From: Terriglobia bacterium
GTDB lineage: Bacteria; Acidobacteriota; Terriglobia; Acidiferrales; UBA7541
Length of the DNA: 64,000 nt
Reading direction: 5' to 3'
Assembly: GCA_963695545.1 (NCBI GenBank)
Contig: OY968796.1
Location: 2,112,001-2,176,000, forward strand
The translations under genes were made by a program, and so were the position numbers. How positions within the stretch are numbered: the first letter of the stretch is position 1; each line of letters begins with the position of its first letter. Positions 36,869 through 46,805 of this stretch are shown in pieces. The notes under the pieces were generated by a model. The model was not told where the DNA came from. It searched no databases and was given only the letters and a program-made list of their open reading frames with translations.

Positions 36869-38781
36869 GCGTGCGGCACCGTGGTGTGGCTGGGTTCGGG
36901 CGAGCGCGCGCCGGCAATATCGTTTGCGCGCTTCAGCGGCAATTCGATGCGAAACGTTGTGCCGTGGCCGGGCTCGGATTCGTAGTCGATCGAGCCATCG
37001 TGCATTTGTACGGTGCGAAACGCGCTCGCGAGTCCGATGCCGCTTCCGCCCGGACGCGTGGTGAAAAAAAGCTGGAAGATGCGCGCGCGGTGTTCGGGAG
37101 CAATGCCTTTGCCCGTATCGCTGATGCGAATTTCGGCCATGTCAGCGTGGCGCTCCAGATCGATCGCGAGCGTTCCGCCGCCAGGCATGGCTTCAATCGC
37201 GTTCAAAATGAGATTGAGCAGCGCTTGATGCAAAAGTTGACGATCCACCCACGCCGCCGGCACCGATGGCGCGAGTCGCGTTTCGATGCACACGCGGCCG
37301 CGCTCGATTTGCGGGCGCGCGGTGTCGAGCACTCCCTGGATCAGTTCGGCGAGCGGCGTTTCCACCAGATTCATTTCCACGGGCCGCGTAAAATCGAGAA
37401 AGCGTTTCACCACAGTGTCCAGCCGATCGATCTCGGCGTCGAGAACTTTCACAGCCTGCTGCGGCTCCTCGCCCGCGGGCAGATGCCCTTTCAAATTTTC
37501 GAGCCAGAGCCGCATCGAGTTTAGAGGATTTTTGACTTCGTGTGCCACACCGGCGGTCACGCGGCCCAGCGCCGCAAGACGTTCGGAGACCTGCAGCTGC
37601 GTGCTGATGCGTTCGCGCGATTCAAGATCGGTGAGCGTGACAAGAGCGCCCATGCGCGTGCCGCCTTCGGCGATGGCTTGCGCGCTCACGCCGATGATGC
37701 GCGCGGGATGGTTCGCACCCGCGGCAGGCAGCTCGACTTGCGTCGACACCGCGGCGATCGAGCCATCGTCAAGGCGCAGGGCGGTTCGCAGCGGATGATT
37801 CTTGGGGAAAATATCCTGCGCCTCGCGGCCGAGCAGTTCGTCCGCCGGGATGCCGAGAAAACGCTCGACGGCGGGACTGACCATCACGGCGCGACCATCG
37901 CGCGTGAAGAGCAGCAAACCATCTTCGAGGCCGCCGAGGACTTGATCGAGATTTTCGCGCAGCGTGCTGAAAATTTCGCGGACGCCGCGCAGTTGCTGGC
38001 CGATCTGCACGATCTTGGTGCTCACTTGCCCGAATTCGTCGCCGCGCTCGAGAGGCTTCTGATCGAATTCGCCGCGCGAGATGCGATCCAACTGCGCGGA
38101 GATGCGTTCAAGAGGCGCGAGCGACACGCTCGAGACCACGCCGGCCAGCAGCACCGACGCCAGCACCGAAATCACCGCGAGCCACGCGGCCGAGCGCATG
38201 CTCGGTTCAATTTCGCTGCGTAGAAGTCCGGTCTGCACGGCGACGCGGATTTCGCCGAACGGAACCTGATGGCCGGCCGGGCCAAGATTGAACGGATACG
38301 CGACTTGATACGCGCGCGGCGGGCCGAAGACCACGCGCACCTGATCGATGAAGCTGCTATTGGCGAGCTGATCGAGCGGAGTGCGCGGGAGCACGGGGCG
38401 ATCGGGAAGCGATGCATCGCTCGAGATCAGCGCGACTCCGTTGTGGTCGACGATGGTGACCTCGTACACCAGGAAGGAGTAGCCGACCTCGGCGTCGATC
38501 AGCGAGGAAAGCGCGGCGTTTTGGTCGAGCGAACCGCGCACGTAGTTGCGCAGATCGTCGGGGCTATCCGACAACGGCGCGTTTCCGTTCGCGGCGGAAT
38601 CGGCCAGCGCGGTTTGCGCCTGAAAGAAAACCTCCTGCGAAACCTGGCGCGCGCGATTATCCGCTTCGCGAATCACCTGCCGGGTGAGCGTGGCCATGTA
38701 CAGCCAGGAATTCACGAGGACCACGGCCAGCACCAGGCCGGAGATGATCAGCGTGATCTTGGTTTTCAGGCGCAGATGCAT
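36865..38781 (-). CDS. Sensor histidine kinase (HAMP, PAS)
   Basis: AGVAHEVKNPL, NAIEAM, DTGKG, GSGIGL. Confidence 0.93.
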   Translation of the reverse strand: MHLRLKTKITLIISGLVLAVVLVNSWLYMATLTRQVIREADNRARQVSQEVFFQAQTALADSAANGNAPLSDSPDDLRNYVRGSLDQNAALSSLIDAEVGYSFLVYEVTIVDHNGVALISSDASLPDRPVLPRTPLDQLANSSFIDQVRVVFGPPRAYQVAYPFNLGPAGHQVPFGEIRVAVQTGLLRSEIEPSMRSAAWLAVISVLASVLLAGVVSSVSLAPLERISAQLDRISRGEFDQKPLERGDEFGQVSTKIVQIGQQLRGVREIFSTLRENLDQVLGGLEDGLLLFTRDGRAVMVSPAVERFLGIPADELLGREAQDIFPKNHPLRTALRLDDGSIAAVSTQVELPAAGANHPARIIGVSAQAIAEGGTRMGALVTLTDLESRERISTQLQVSERLAALGRVTAGVAHEVKNPLNSMRLWLENLKGHLPAGEEPQQAVKVLDAEIDRLDTVVKRFLDFTRPVEMNLVETPLAELIQGVLDTARPQIERGRVCIETRLAPSVPAAWVDRQLLHQALLNLILNAIEAMPGGGTLAIDLERHADMAEIRISDTGKGIAPEHRARIFQLFFTTRPGGSGIGLASAFRTVQMHDGSIDYESEPGHGTTFRIELPLKRANDIAGARSPEPSHTTVPHA

Positions 38782-38796
38782 GGCCAGGAAAAAACC

Positions 38797-40212
38797 TTAG
38801 CCGCCGGAGGGCTTCGCGGCTTCGTACTCCTTCAATTTATTGTGCAGCGTCTTCAAGCTGATGCCGAGCAGTTCGGCGGCGCGCGTTTTATTGTTCTGCG
38901 TGGACGCGAGCGTTTGCATGATGAGCTCGCGCTCGGCGGCGTCGACGGTGGTGCCGATGGGGAAGCGCAGTGCGGAAAGCTCGGCGGCACCGGCGGGAGT
39001 GCCGTGACCGAATTCGGCGGGCAGGTGAGCGCGGCCGATGAGATCGCGATCGCAGACGATAGAAGCGCGCTCGATGACGTTGCGCAATTCGCGGACGTTG
39101 CCGGGCCAGGTGTAGCTCATGAATTGATCGAGCACGTCGGCGCTGATGCCGCGGACGTGGCGCTGATGTTTGGCGTTGAGATCGCGGAGCATGGTTTCGA
39201 CCAGCAGGGGAATGTCGTCCTTGTGGTCGCGCAGCGGCGGCAAATGAATGTGGAAGACGTTCAAGCGGAAATAGAGATCCTGCCGAATTTCGCCTTTGGC
39301 GACGGCGCGATCGGGGTCCTTGTTGGTGGCCGCAAGAACGCGCACGTCCACCGGCGTTTCGCTCTTGCTGCCGAGGCGGCGCACTTTGTGGTCCTCGAGC
39401 ACGCGCAGCAGCTTGGCTTGCGTCGGCGCGGGCATCTCGCCGATTTCATCGAGCAGCAAAGTGCCGCTATCGGCCAGCTCAAAGCAGCCGAGGCGGCGCT
39501 CGGCCGCGCCGGTGAAGGCGCCGCGCTCGTGGCCGAAAATTTCGCTTTCCATCAGCGATTCGGGAATGGCCGAGCAGTTTATGGCCACGAACGGTCGGGC
39601 GTTGCGCGGAGAAAGGCGATGAATGGTGCGCGCGAGAACTTCCTTGCCCGAGCCGGTTTCGCCGGTGATCAGCACGGAGGCCAGCGATGGCGCGACTTGT
39701 TCGACGACGCGCATAACGTCCTGCATGGGCTTCGATTGGCCGACGAGATCGCCCAGGCGCCCGGCGTCGCGCAGTTGGCGCGTCAGAGCGTCAACTTCGC
39801 GGCGATCGCGCGCGTGGCCGAGCGCGCGATCGAGAAGCGCGCGCAGAATGGAGGCCTTGAGAGGCTTTTCGATATACCAGAACGCGCCGGATTCGATCGC
39901 TGCGACCACGCGTTCTTCGCTGCCCTTGCCGGTGATCAGGATGGCGGGAATATGCGCGAGTTCGTCGTGCAGGCGTTCGAGCAGCTCGAGGCCGTTCATT
40001 CCGGGCAGCTCGACGTCGGCGATCAACGCTTCGGGAGCGAATTCTGAAAAACGCGCGAGCGCGTCTTCGGCGCTGCCCACGCCAAGAACCTCGTAGCCCC
40101 ATTTGCGCAACAAGGCTTCGTAACCCTGCCGGGCATTCACTTCGTCTTCGACGATGAGAATGCGTTCCGGGGCGGGGGACGCTTGCGGTTCGCTCTTGGC
40201 AGGTTCAGGCAT
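38797..40212 (-). CDS. Sigma-54-dependent response regulator
   Basis: ILIVEDE, GETGSGKE, GAFTGA, WPGNVREL, HTH. Confidence 0.95.
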   Translation of the reverse strand: MPEPAKSEPQASPAPERILIVEDEVNARQGYEALLRKWGYEVLGVGSAEDALARFSEFAPEALIADVELPGMNGLELLERLHDELAHIPAILITGKGSEERVVAAIESGAFWYIEKPLKASILRALLDRALGHARDRREVDALTRQLRDAGRLGDLVGQSKPMQDVMRVVEQVAPSLASVLITGETGSGKEVLARTIHRLSPRNARPFVAINCSAIPESLMESEIFGHERGAFTGAAERRLGCFELADSGTLLLDEIGEMPAPTQAKLLRVLEDHKVRRLGSKSETPVDVRVLAATNKDPDRAVAKGEIRQDLYFRLNVFHIHLPPLRDHKDDIPLLVETMLRDLNAKHQRHVRGISADVLDQFMSYTWPGNVRELRNVIERASIVCDRDLIGRAHLPAEFGHGTPAGAAELSALRFPIGTTVDAAERELIMQTLASTQNNKTRAAELLGISLKTLHNKLKEYEAAKPSGG

Positions 40213-40362
40213 CGATGCGCGCTGCGCGGCGGGGTGCGCAAAGCAACAGATGGAATCTACCAGTAGCGGGTGCCGATTCCAAGTTGGGCGTGCGCGGAGG
40301 AGCAACTCTGCAACCATTCCGATACTCAGGGAATCTGATTGAGAAACCCAGACCAGCGAGAT

Positions 40363-40377
40363 CGGCATCCGCGTTGC
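40363..40377 (+). promoter_or_regulatory. Putative sigma-54 promoter
   Basis: CGGCATCCGCGTTGC (GG-N10-GC) about 70 nt upstream of the cupredoxin gene. Confidence 0.6.
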
Positions 40378-40448
40378 CGGGCCGGAACGCTGCACAGCTC
40401 GATGATTTCGTCGGTGAGTGTTCAAATTCTGAACTCCGGAGAGACGCA

Positions 40449-40901
40449 ATGAACAGTGAAGCCAGGTCCACGCGTCGCGTCGTGCCTCGGTGGATGCCAA
40501 TCCTCGCGGCGATTGCCATCGCGGTGGGAGTGATGGGGATATCGGCGCGTCATGCGGGAGCCGCGCAGGAGAACGTGCAGGAGATCGACGTGAGCGCGAA
40601 GAAGTTCGAGTTCACCCCGAGCGAAATTCATGTGAAACAGGGCGCGCACGTCCTGTTGAAGGTTACCCCGACCGATAGGGAGCACGGCTTTGAGTTGGAC
40701 GTATATCGGGAGGCTTCCGACAAGAAAGGCGATCCTGGCCTGATAATCTCCGGTGACAAGCCCAGTTACAAGATTCCCCAAGGTCAAACCCAGACGATCG
40801 AATTCATCGCGGCGGAGGCGGGGACCTACGATTTCAAATGCATCGTGTATTGCGGGTCGGGCCATCGCGGAATGAAGGGAACGATTGTGGTTGATCCGTA
40901 A
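40449..40901 (+). CDS. Exported cupredoxin-domain protein (CuA-type motif)
   Basis: FTPSEIHV, DREHGF, CIVYCGSGHRGM. Confidence 0.9.
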   Translation: MNSEARSTRRVVPRWMPILAAIAIAVGVMGISARHAGAAQENVQEIDVSAKKFEFTPSEIHVKQGAHVLLKVTPTDREHGFELDVYREASDKKGDPGLIISGDKPSYKIPQGQTQTIEFIAAEAGTYDFKCIVYCGSGHRGMKGTIVVDP

Positions 40902-40949
40902 GGCGCGGGAAATGCTCGGGGCCCGCGCGCGCATCCGGTTCCGGCGCCG

Positions 40950-41669
40950 TCAAGGCTGCGTGATATAAAGCGGGCGATCGAGAACCAGTTCAATCCTGGT
41001 TCCCTTCGGCATTTCGATTTCCTGGGCGTAGTGCCGGGACGCGAGAAACGCGATCGCTCCACCGGCGATGGCGCCTTCGGCAACGCCTCTACCGCCTCCG
41101 GCTGCGCCGCCGACTGCGGCTCCCACCGCAGCGCCCGCGGCTGAAACTTCGGCTTGGCGCGCTGCCGAACTATGAACCGCCTCGACTTCTCCTTCTTTGC
41201 CCGGGCCGGGCCTCACATTGCCATCGTCCGGAACGCTGCTGACTTCAGCGACGATCGGCTCGCGCCCGCCGGGCGCGTGAATGTCGTCGAACGTGAGCCA
41301 GAGGCGCGCGCGTCCAGTGACGGAGGCGGACTCGACGCGGCTGATATGTCCGGTGATCTTGCTGCCGGGCGGCAGGACGCTGCCTCCGCTCGTCTCAAGC
41401 GGCTCGATGATCGTAACCGTGAATTTTCGGCCGGGCGCGTCCTTGCCGGTGTTCAGCGCGTCGTTCAAGCGCACCAGGAAATGAGTGCCGTCAGGCACCG
41501 CGTCGCTGGCATTGAGCGCGGCCGGTTCTTGCGGCGCGGGCGATGCGGATGCATTCGATTGCGGCTCCGCGGCAGGTGTGGTTTGGGGCGCGTTCTGTGC
41601 GCCGGCCGCCAAAACGGCGAATGATACCGCACTCAACAACGCGCAACCCGATAAAAGGAAGCGATTCAT
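40950..41669 (-). CDS. Exported TrbI/VirB10-like domain protein (second paralog)
   Basis: GAGGAG RBS; VPDGTHFLVRL, LPPGSKITGHI, glycine zipper, MPKGTRIELVLDRPL. Confidence 0.72.
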   Translation of the reverse strand: MNRFLLSGCALLSAVSFAVLAAGAQNAPQTTPAAEPQSNASASPAPQEPAALNASDAVPDGTHFLVRLNDALNTGKDAPGRKFTVTIIEPLETSGGSVLPPGSKITGHISRVESASVTGRARLWLTFDDIHAPGGREPIVAEVSSVPDDGNVRPGPGKEGEVEAVHSSAARQAEVSAAGAAVGAAVGGAAGGGRGVAEGAIAGGAIAFLASRHYAQEIEMPKGTRIELVLDRPLYITQP

Positions 41670-42065
41670 AAAATCTCCTCACGCTTGCGAGAGGCGCCGT
41701 ACCCACGTGCTCGCCAAAAGCATCTCATGTGAGTCCTGAGTCGCGAGCGAGGGTCGACGCGATATTCAGGCTCAGATGTTGGAACCGAAAATAAGGTGGC
41801 CTGTAGTCAAAGTTTCGATTACGCCGCTGCAGTCTGGGGTTTTCAGCCGGCCCTCGGCTACATTATAATGCTGCTGCATTTGGGCCTGCGTATCGGGGTG
41901 TTTCTGGGGGAGGCGCCCGCGGGGCGCCTGAGGACGAATCGCAAGTTTCACGCAACAGACGCATGCGGCGGAATTCAGCCTCATGGATTCCTCGGAAGTG
42001 TGTTCCCCCCAATGTAGTCACTATAGATAATTGTTACCCATGTGGCGTGCAGGGTGGAGGCAACG

Positions 42066-44159
42066 ATGAGATTGTCGAAAATGTGGTGGCGAGCCGCAAG
42101 TTTGCTCGCGCTTGGCGCGATGTTCATGTCGTACGCGCCGGCCAGAGCCGCCGGTGATCCGAATTCGAGCGACAGCGCAGATTCCAAAAGCGCGGCCAGC
42201 AGCGCCAGCGCGAACGCCGGCGCGGCGGCATCGCCATCTGCGGCGCCGGCAGCGCCAGACAGCAACGCAGCGGCTGCTGCTGCACCGGCTCCGGCATCGA
42301 CTCCAGCCGCGGCTTCACCCGCGCCCGCAGCTTCGCCTGCGCCGGTGATGGCGGGAACGGCGTCGACAAGCGAGCTGTCGGTGGATAACTTCGGATTGGT
42401 TCCGACGACCGGCGGCGGACTCGGATTGTTCACGGTGGCGAGCGGAAATGTTTTGCCCAGACACGGCTGGTCGGTCGCAGGTTACGCGGACCGGTTCGGC
42501 CGAATGCCGGGAAGCTTGGTGATTACCGATTACGGATTGAACATCGGATTTGGGCTGACGAGCTGGGCCGAGCTTTACGTGAACGACATCCCCGACGCGC
42601 ATATTCACGCGGGAGCGCCGGGGGAGATCACGCCTCTCACGGCTACGGGTTTCAACACTACGCACGCCGTTTATTCCGAGGATTATCCCTTTGCTTCGCA
42701 CATAGAAGGCGGTGAAGGCCCGTTCACGCTGGGCGTGAGATTCGGAATTGCTTCCGAGGATCGCGGCGATCCGGTCAGCGTGTCGCTGAATGCGGACGTA
42801 GACATTTCATCCCGCTTGGATTTCGCGGTACTGGAGCGTTCCGGGACGCAGAACGGGAAAGCGAATCCGGAATTTGGGGTGTCGGTCAGCAAAAATGTGA
42901 ACAACATAATCGCACTGGATTTCGACGCCACGATCGATCTTGTCCGAACTCCGAGTCTATTCGGAGGAGCGCTGCTCGAGCAGGCCAAGACATTTACGGT
43001 GGGCGGCGGATTTCTGCTTTTCCCGCACCGACGCATTCAGGTGATCAGTGAATACACCGGCGAAATGTATTACGGGCATTCGACTCCCACGGAAACATTC
43101 GGGCCCCGCGATCCGATGGACGGCATATGGGGCTTGCGGCTTTTCCCGGTGCAGGAACTGGCGATCGATCTGGGTTACCGCTACATGCTGAATCTTCCCA
43201 ACCTGCAGGACCGCAACGGATTCGTGGTCAAGTTCTCCACGGTTTACGCGCCGCATAAAGCGGCGCCTGTGGATCATCCGCCGACGGTTGCGTGCACGGC
43301 GGACCCGACGTCTGTCTATTTCGGATCGAACGATACCTCGGCGGTGAACTGCCCGGCGACATCTCCCGACAACGATACGCTTACCTACAACTGGACCACG
43401 ACTTGCGGCGGCGTGGACGGCACGGGGCCGGCGGTGCACTGGCTATCGGCCGGAGTGCCGATCGGAACGTGCACGGTTACCGTGCACGTGGATGATGGTC
43501 ATGGCGGCGCGGCTACCGGCAGCGCGGCGATTCAAGTGGTTGCCAAGCCGACTCACCCGCCGGTGATGTCGTGTTCGGCCGATCGCAGCACAGTGTTTAT
43601 CGGCGAGCGCGTGCACATCACAGCGGATGCCAGCTCTCCCGATGGCGATACGCTGACCTTCGCGTGGCAGACAAACGGCGGCACAATCATCGGCACAGGT
43701 TCAGCCGTGGATCTTGATACCACGGGCGCGGCCGCCGGCAATTACACGGTCACCGGACGCGTGGACGACGGGCACGGGGGCGCGGCGGATTGCTCGGTTG
43801 CGGTCGCCGTGAATGCTCCGCCACCGCCTCCGCAGGCGAGCAAGATCAGCGAATGTTTGTTCGCGCCGGCAGGTTCGCCGCGCGTAGACAACGTTTGCAA
43901 GCGCATCCTGGACGACGTGGCCCTGCGGCTGCAGAACGATCCGCATGGCTCGGCGGTGATCGTGGGCTACGCCGATCCGAAGGAGATGCATCCCGACAAG
44001 CTGGCTTTGCTGCGGGCGCAAAACGCCGTCAAATACCTGGGTGAGAAGGGTATCGACGCCTCGCGTATCACTACGCGCGGCGGCGCAGGCGAAGCGGGCG
44101 GAGGAAAAGAAAACCGGCGCATCGACATTATCTGGGTGCCGGAAGGCGCGACGTACTGA
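42066..44159 (+). CDS. OmpA-family outer-membrane protein with two Ig/PKD-like repeats
   Basis: Signal peptide; beta-rich N-domain; two repeats containing VDDGHGGAA; OmpA-C motifs IVGYAD, RAQNAVKYL, NRRIDI. Confidence 0.88.
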   Translation: MRLSKMWWRAASLLALGAMFMSYAPARAAGDPNSSDSADSKSAASSASANAGAAASPSAAPAAPDSNAAAAAAPAPASTPAAASPAPAASPAPVMAGTASTSELSVDNFGLVPTTGGGLGLFTVASGNVLPRHGWSVAGYADRFGRMPGSLVITDYGLNIGFGLTSWAELYVNDIPDAHIHAGAPGEITPLTATGFNTTHAVYSEDYPFASHIEGGEGPFTLGVRFGIASEDRGDPVSVSLNADVDISSRLDFAVLERSGTQNGKANPEFGVSVSKNVNNIIALDFDATIDLVRTPSLFGGALLEQAKTFTVGGGFLLFPHRRIQVISEYTGEMYYGHSTPTETFGPRDPMDGIWGLRLFPVQELAIDLGYRYMLNLPNLQDRNGFVVKFSTVYAPHKAAPVDHPPTVACTADPTSVYFGSNDTSAVNCPATSPDNDTLTYNWTTTCGGVDGTGPAVHWLSAGVPIGTCTVTVHVDDGHGGAATGSAAIQVVAKPTHPPVMSCSADRSTVFIGERVHITADASSPDGDTLTFAWQTNGGTIIGTGSAVDLDTTGAAAGNYTVTGRVDDGHGGAADCSVAVAVNAPPPPPQASKISECLFAPAGSPRVDNVCKRILDDVALRLQNDPHGSAVIVGYADPKEMHPDKLALLRAQNAVKYLGEKGIDASRITTRGGAGEAGGGKENRRIDIIWVPEGATY

Positions 44160-44187
44160 GGCGCTGAGGAAGAATTGTTCAACCAGC

Positions 44188-44238
44188 TTCGGGCTCCGCT
44201 TCGGCGTGAAACGGCCGGCGCGGGGCCCGAATTTTTTC
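44188..44238 (+). terminator. Intrinsic terminator after the OmpA-family gene
   Basis: TTCGGGCTCCGC / GCGGGGCCCGAA stem followed by TTTTTT. Confidence 0.7.
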
Positions 44239-44329
44239 TGGGGCGATTGCGATTGCCGGCCCGAATTTTCTGTCCCAGGAACCCGAAACTCGCGGCGCTG
44301 CTTGTTTCGCCCATCGCCTGCAACCTAGA

Positions 44330-46483
44330 ATGAAATCTTCAACAATGAAGACGCTAATTTTCGCCGCGCTGTGCTTCGGAGGTCTCCTCGCTGCGGCGTC
44401 TGCCGAGGCGCAAGTGTTGCGGCCGCTGGGTCCCGAGGGCGGTGACGTTATGTCGCTGGGCCAGGATCGGGAAAATCCGCGGAACCTGTATTTGGGCACG
44501 GCGGACGGTCACATTTTCGGATCCAATGACGGCGGCGAGCATTGGGAATTGCTCGGGCGAACGGGACCGCGTCCAGATTCGGTGGTGACGGCAATTCTGG
44601 TGGATCCGCGCAATGCTCGTGTGATCTACGCGTCGACCTGGGCGCGCGAGCCGGGCGCGGGCGGCGGCGTTTTCCGCAGCGCGGACGGAGGGCGGACCTG
44701 GAGTTCGGCGGGCCTGGTGGGCCAAGACGTTCGCGCGCTGGTGATCGCGCAATCTTCGTCAAACACTACGCCCGCGGCAACAAGCAATGCGGCGGCCGAT
44801 CCGGCGCACGATGACACGCTGATTGCCGGAACGCTCGACGGAGTCTTCCGCTCGCGTGACTCGGGCAACACCTGGAAGCGAATTTCTCCTGAAGGCGATC
44901 CCGAACTGCGCAATCTTGACTCGCTCGCCGTGGACCCGGCTAACGGCGACGTAATCTACGCGGGTACGTTTCACCTGCCCTGGAAGACCACCGATGGCGG
45001 CTTGAACTGGACCTCGATTCATACGGGCATGATCGACGATTCCGACGTGATGAGCATTTTGGTGGATGGCGCGATCGAAGGACGCATTTACGCAAGCGCC
45101 TGCTCGGGAATCTATCGCAGCGATTCGGGCGGCGCGATTTGGCAGAAAGTGCAGGGCATTCCGTACACCGCGCGGCGCACGGTGGAAATTCTGCAGGACC
45201 CTACGCGGCCGGAAATTGTATTCGCCGCGACGACCGAAGGATTGTGGAAAACCACGGACGCTGGATCGACGTGGCAGCGAATCACCCCAGCCGATTGGTC
45301 GGTGACGGCGATGGTTTTAAGAGCGGGCGCGCCGGATCGCGTGGTGATCGGCGTGGAGCAGCACGGCGTGCTGGCGAGCGACGATGGCGGCGCGAATTTC
45401 CACGAAGCCAACGGCGGTTTTATTCACCACGAGATATGGGGCGCGGTGGCCGACGCGACGCACCCGGGCCACTTTCTGGTTGCGCTGGCCAACGTGACAG
45501 ATTTTCTTCTGACCACCGACGACGCGGGGCGCACTTGGCACACCATGGGACAGGAACCGGCGCCAGGAACGCTGAGAGGAATTTACTCGTCGCCGGATGG
45601 CTGGTGGGCCGCGCTCGGTACCGGCGGCCTTTTGCATTACGACGAAACGAAGCCGGCATGGCTGCGAACGGGGAACATCGCGGTGTCGGTCGCGCCGAAG
45701 CCGCCGAGGCGAGGCTCTGCGAGCGGACTCGCCGCCGGAGCGAAGCCGGAGCTGCGCGTCGTACCTCCGCGCTCTGGCGCGCCGTTCGACGAGTACGTGA
45801 CCGACATGGCCTTCGCCGCGACCAAATGGTACGCCGCGACGGAGGAGGGCTTGTACGGCTCGACCGATTACGGCGCGACGTGGAGCGCCGTGCACATTGG
45901 CGCGCTGGTGAAGCTAGGGATTCAATCGGTGCGCGTCTCCCAGGATGGCAAATCGCTGTGGATCGCTTCGCTTGTTTCCATCGCTCATTCCGCGGATGGA
46001 GGCGCGACCTGGAAATGGATCGATTTGCCACGCACGCTCGGCGTCTTCGGCGTCATCGAGCGACTGGAAGTGTCTGAGAACCACGCGGTCGATCCGAGCG
46101 ATGCGACGCCGATTCTTCTGGTGGAAACCGACGCGGGACTTTTTATCTCACGCGATGCGGGAACCACTTGGGGCGCGCCCGGGCACGGCTTGCCCGAGAC
46201 GCCGGTCCGAGATCTGGCGACGGCAGGCCCAACTTTTCTTGCGGCCATGGATCTTGGAGGACTCTACGTGTCGCGCGACTCGGGCCTGACCTGGGAACGG
46301 CTCGAGGGCGGGATGGCGGAGGGCTATTTCTCGTCAGTCTTCGCTGGGCCAGCACTGCCGGGGGAATCGCCGGACGCGGTTACCGGCCTGGCCTTTTACG
46401 CCGCCTCGGCCACCGAGGGGCTGTACGCGATCGAGATCGGACCAGTACCGGCTTTGGAGCCGCTAGGTGACACCAAGCATTAG
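44330..46483 (+). CDS. Exported BNR/Asp-box (YCF48/VPS10-like) beta-propeller protein
   Basis: Many S/TxDGGxTW Asp-box repeats; signal peptide. Confidence 0.88.
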   Translation: MKSSTMKTLIFAALCFGGLLAAASAEAQVLRPLGPEGGDVMSLGQDRENPRNLYLGTADGHIFGSNDGGEHWELLGRTGPRPDSVVTAILVDPRNARVIYASTWAREPGAGGGVFRSADGGRTWSSAGLVGQDVRALVIAQSSSNTTPAATSNAAADPAHDDTLIAGTLDGVFRSRDSGNTWKRISPEGDPELRNLDSLAVDPANGDVIYAGTFHLPWKTTDGGLNWTSIHTGMIDDSDVMSILVDGAIEGRIYASACSGIYRSDSGGAIWQKVQGIPYTARRTVEILQDPTRPEIVFAATTEGLWKTTDAGSTWQRITPADWSVTAMVLRAGAPDRVVIGVEQHGVLASDDGGANFHEANGGFIHHEIWGAVADATHPGHFLVALANVTDFLLTTDDAGRTWHTMGQEPAPGTLRGIYSSPDGWWAALGTGGLLHYDETKPAWLRTGNIAVSVAPKPPRRGSASGLAAGAKPELRVVPPRSGAPFDEYVTDMAFAATKWYAATEEGLYGSTDYGATWSAVHIGALVKLGIQSVRVSQDGKSLWIASLVSIAHSADGGATWKWIDLPRTLGVFGVIERLEVSENHAVDPSDATPILLVETDAGLFISRDAGTTWGAPGHGLPETPVRDLATAGPTFLAAMDLGGLYVSRDSGLTWERLEGGMAEGYFSSVFAGPALPGESPDAVTGLAFYAASATEGLYAIEIGPVPALEPLGDTKH

Positions 46484-46669
46484 GCTCCTGGTTTGCTAGA
46501 ATTTTTGCGGCGGCGACGCGCTTTGGCGCCCGAACCATGCGAAATGCGCGCGGGCAGATCACGAAATTCCCATTTCGAGCGCGGGCGCGTTCCCATTCTT
46601 GTAAATACCTGCTTTTTCAGCACTTTCGAAGTGATAAGAAGACACTTAACGCCTTAGTTCCTGCCGTTC

Positions 46670-46777
46670 TTCCCGTCACGGGAAAATGCTGGCGCGAGAG
46701 ATAGTTCACGATTCTGTCAATAAGTCCTTTATTTTTCGCAGATGCGGGAAGGGGCCCGAAATGGCACTGCCCTTGCT
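46670..46777 (+). promoter_or_regulatory. Sigma-54 promoter with candidate enhancer and IHF-like site
   Basis: TGGCACTGCCCTTGC at 46762-46776; palindrome TTCCCGTCACGGGAA at 46670-46684; TAAGTCCTTTATT at about 46721-46733. Confidence 0.8.
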
Positions 46778-46805
46778 TTATGTTTCAGTACAGGGGGAAC
46801 TACTG

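Noticed and set aside
41781..42017. GGAACC..GTCAAA ECF-like promoter and 73-aa ORF
   Set aside because: The 19-nt spacer is too long, and the ORF lacks an RBS and coding-like composition.
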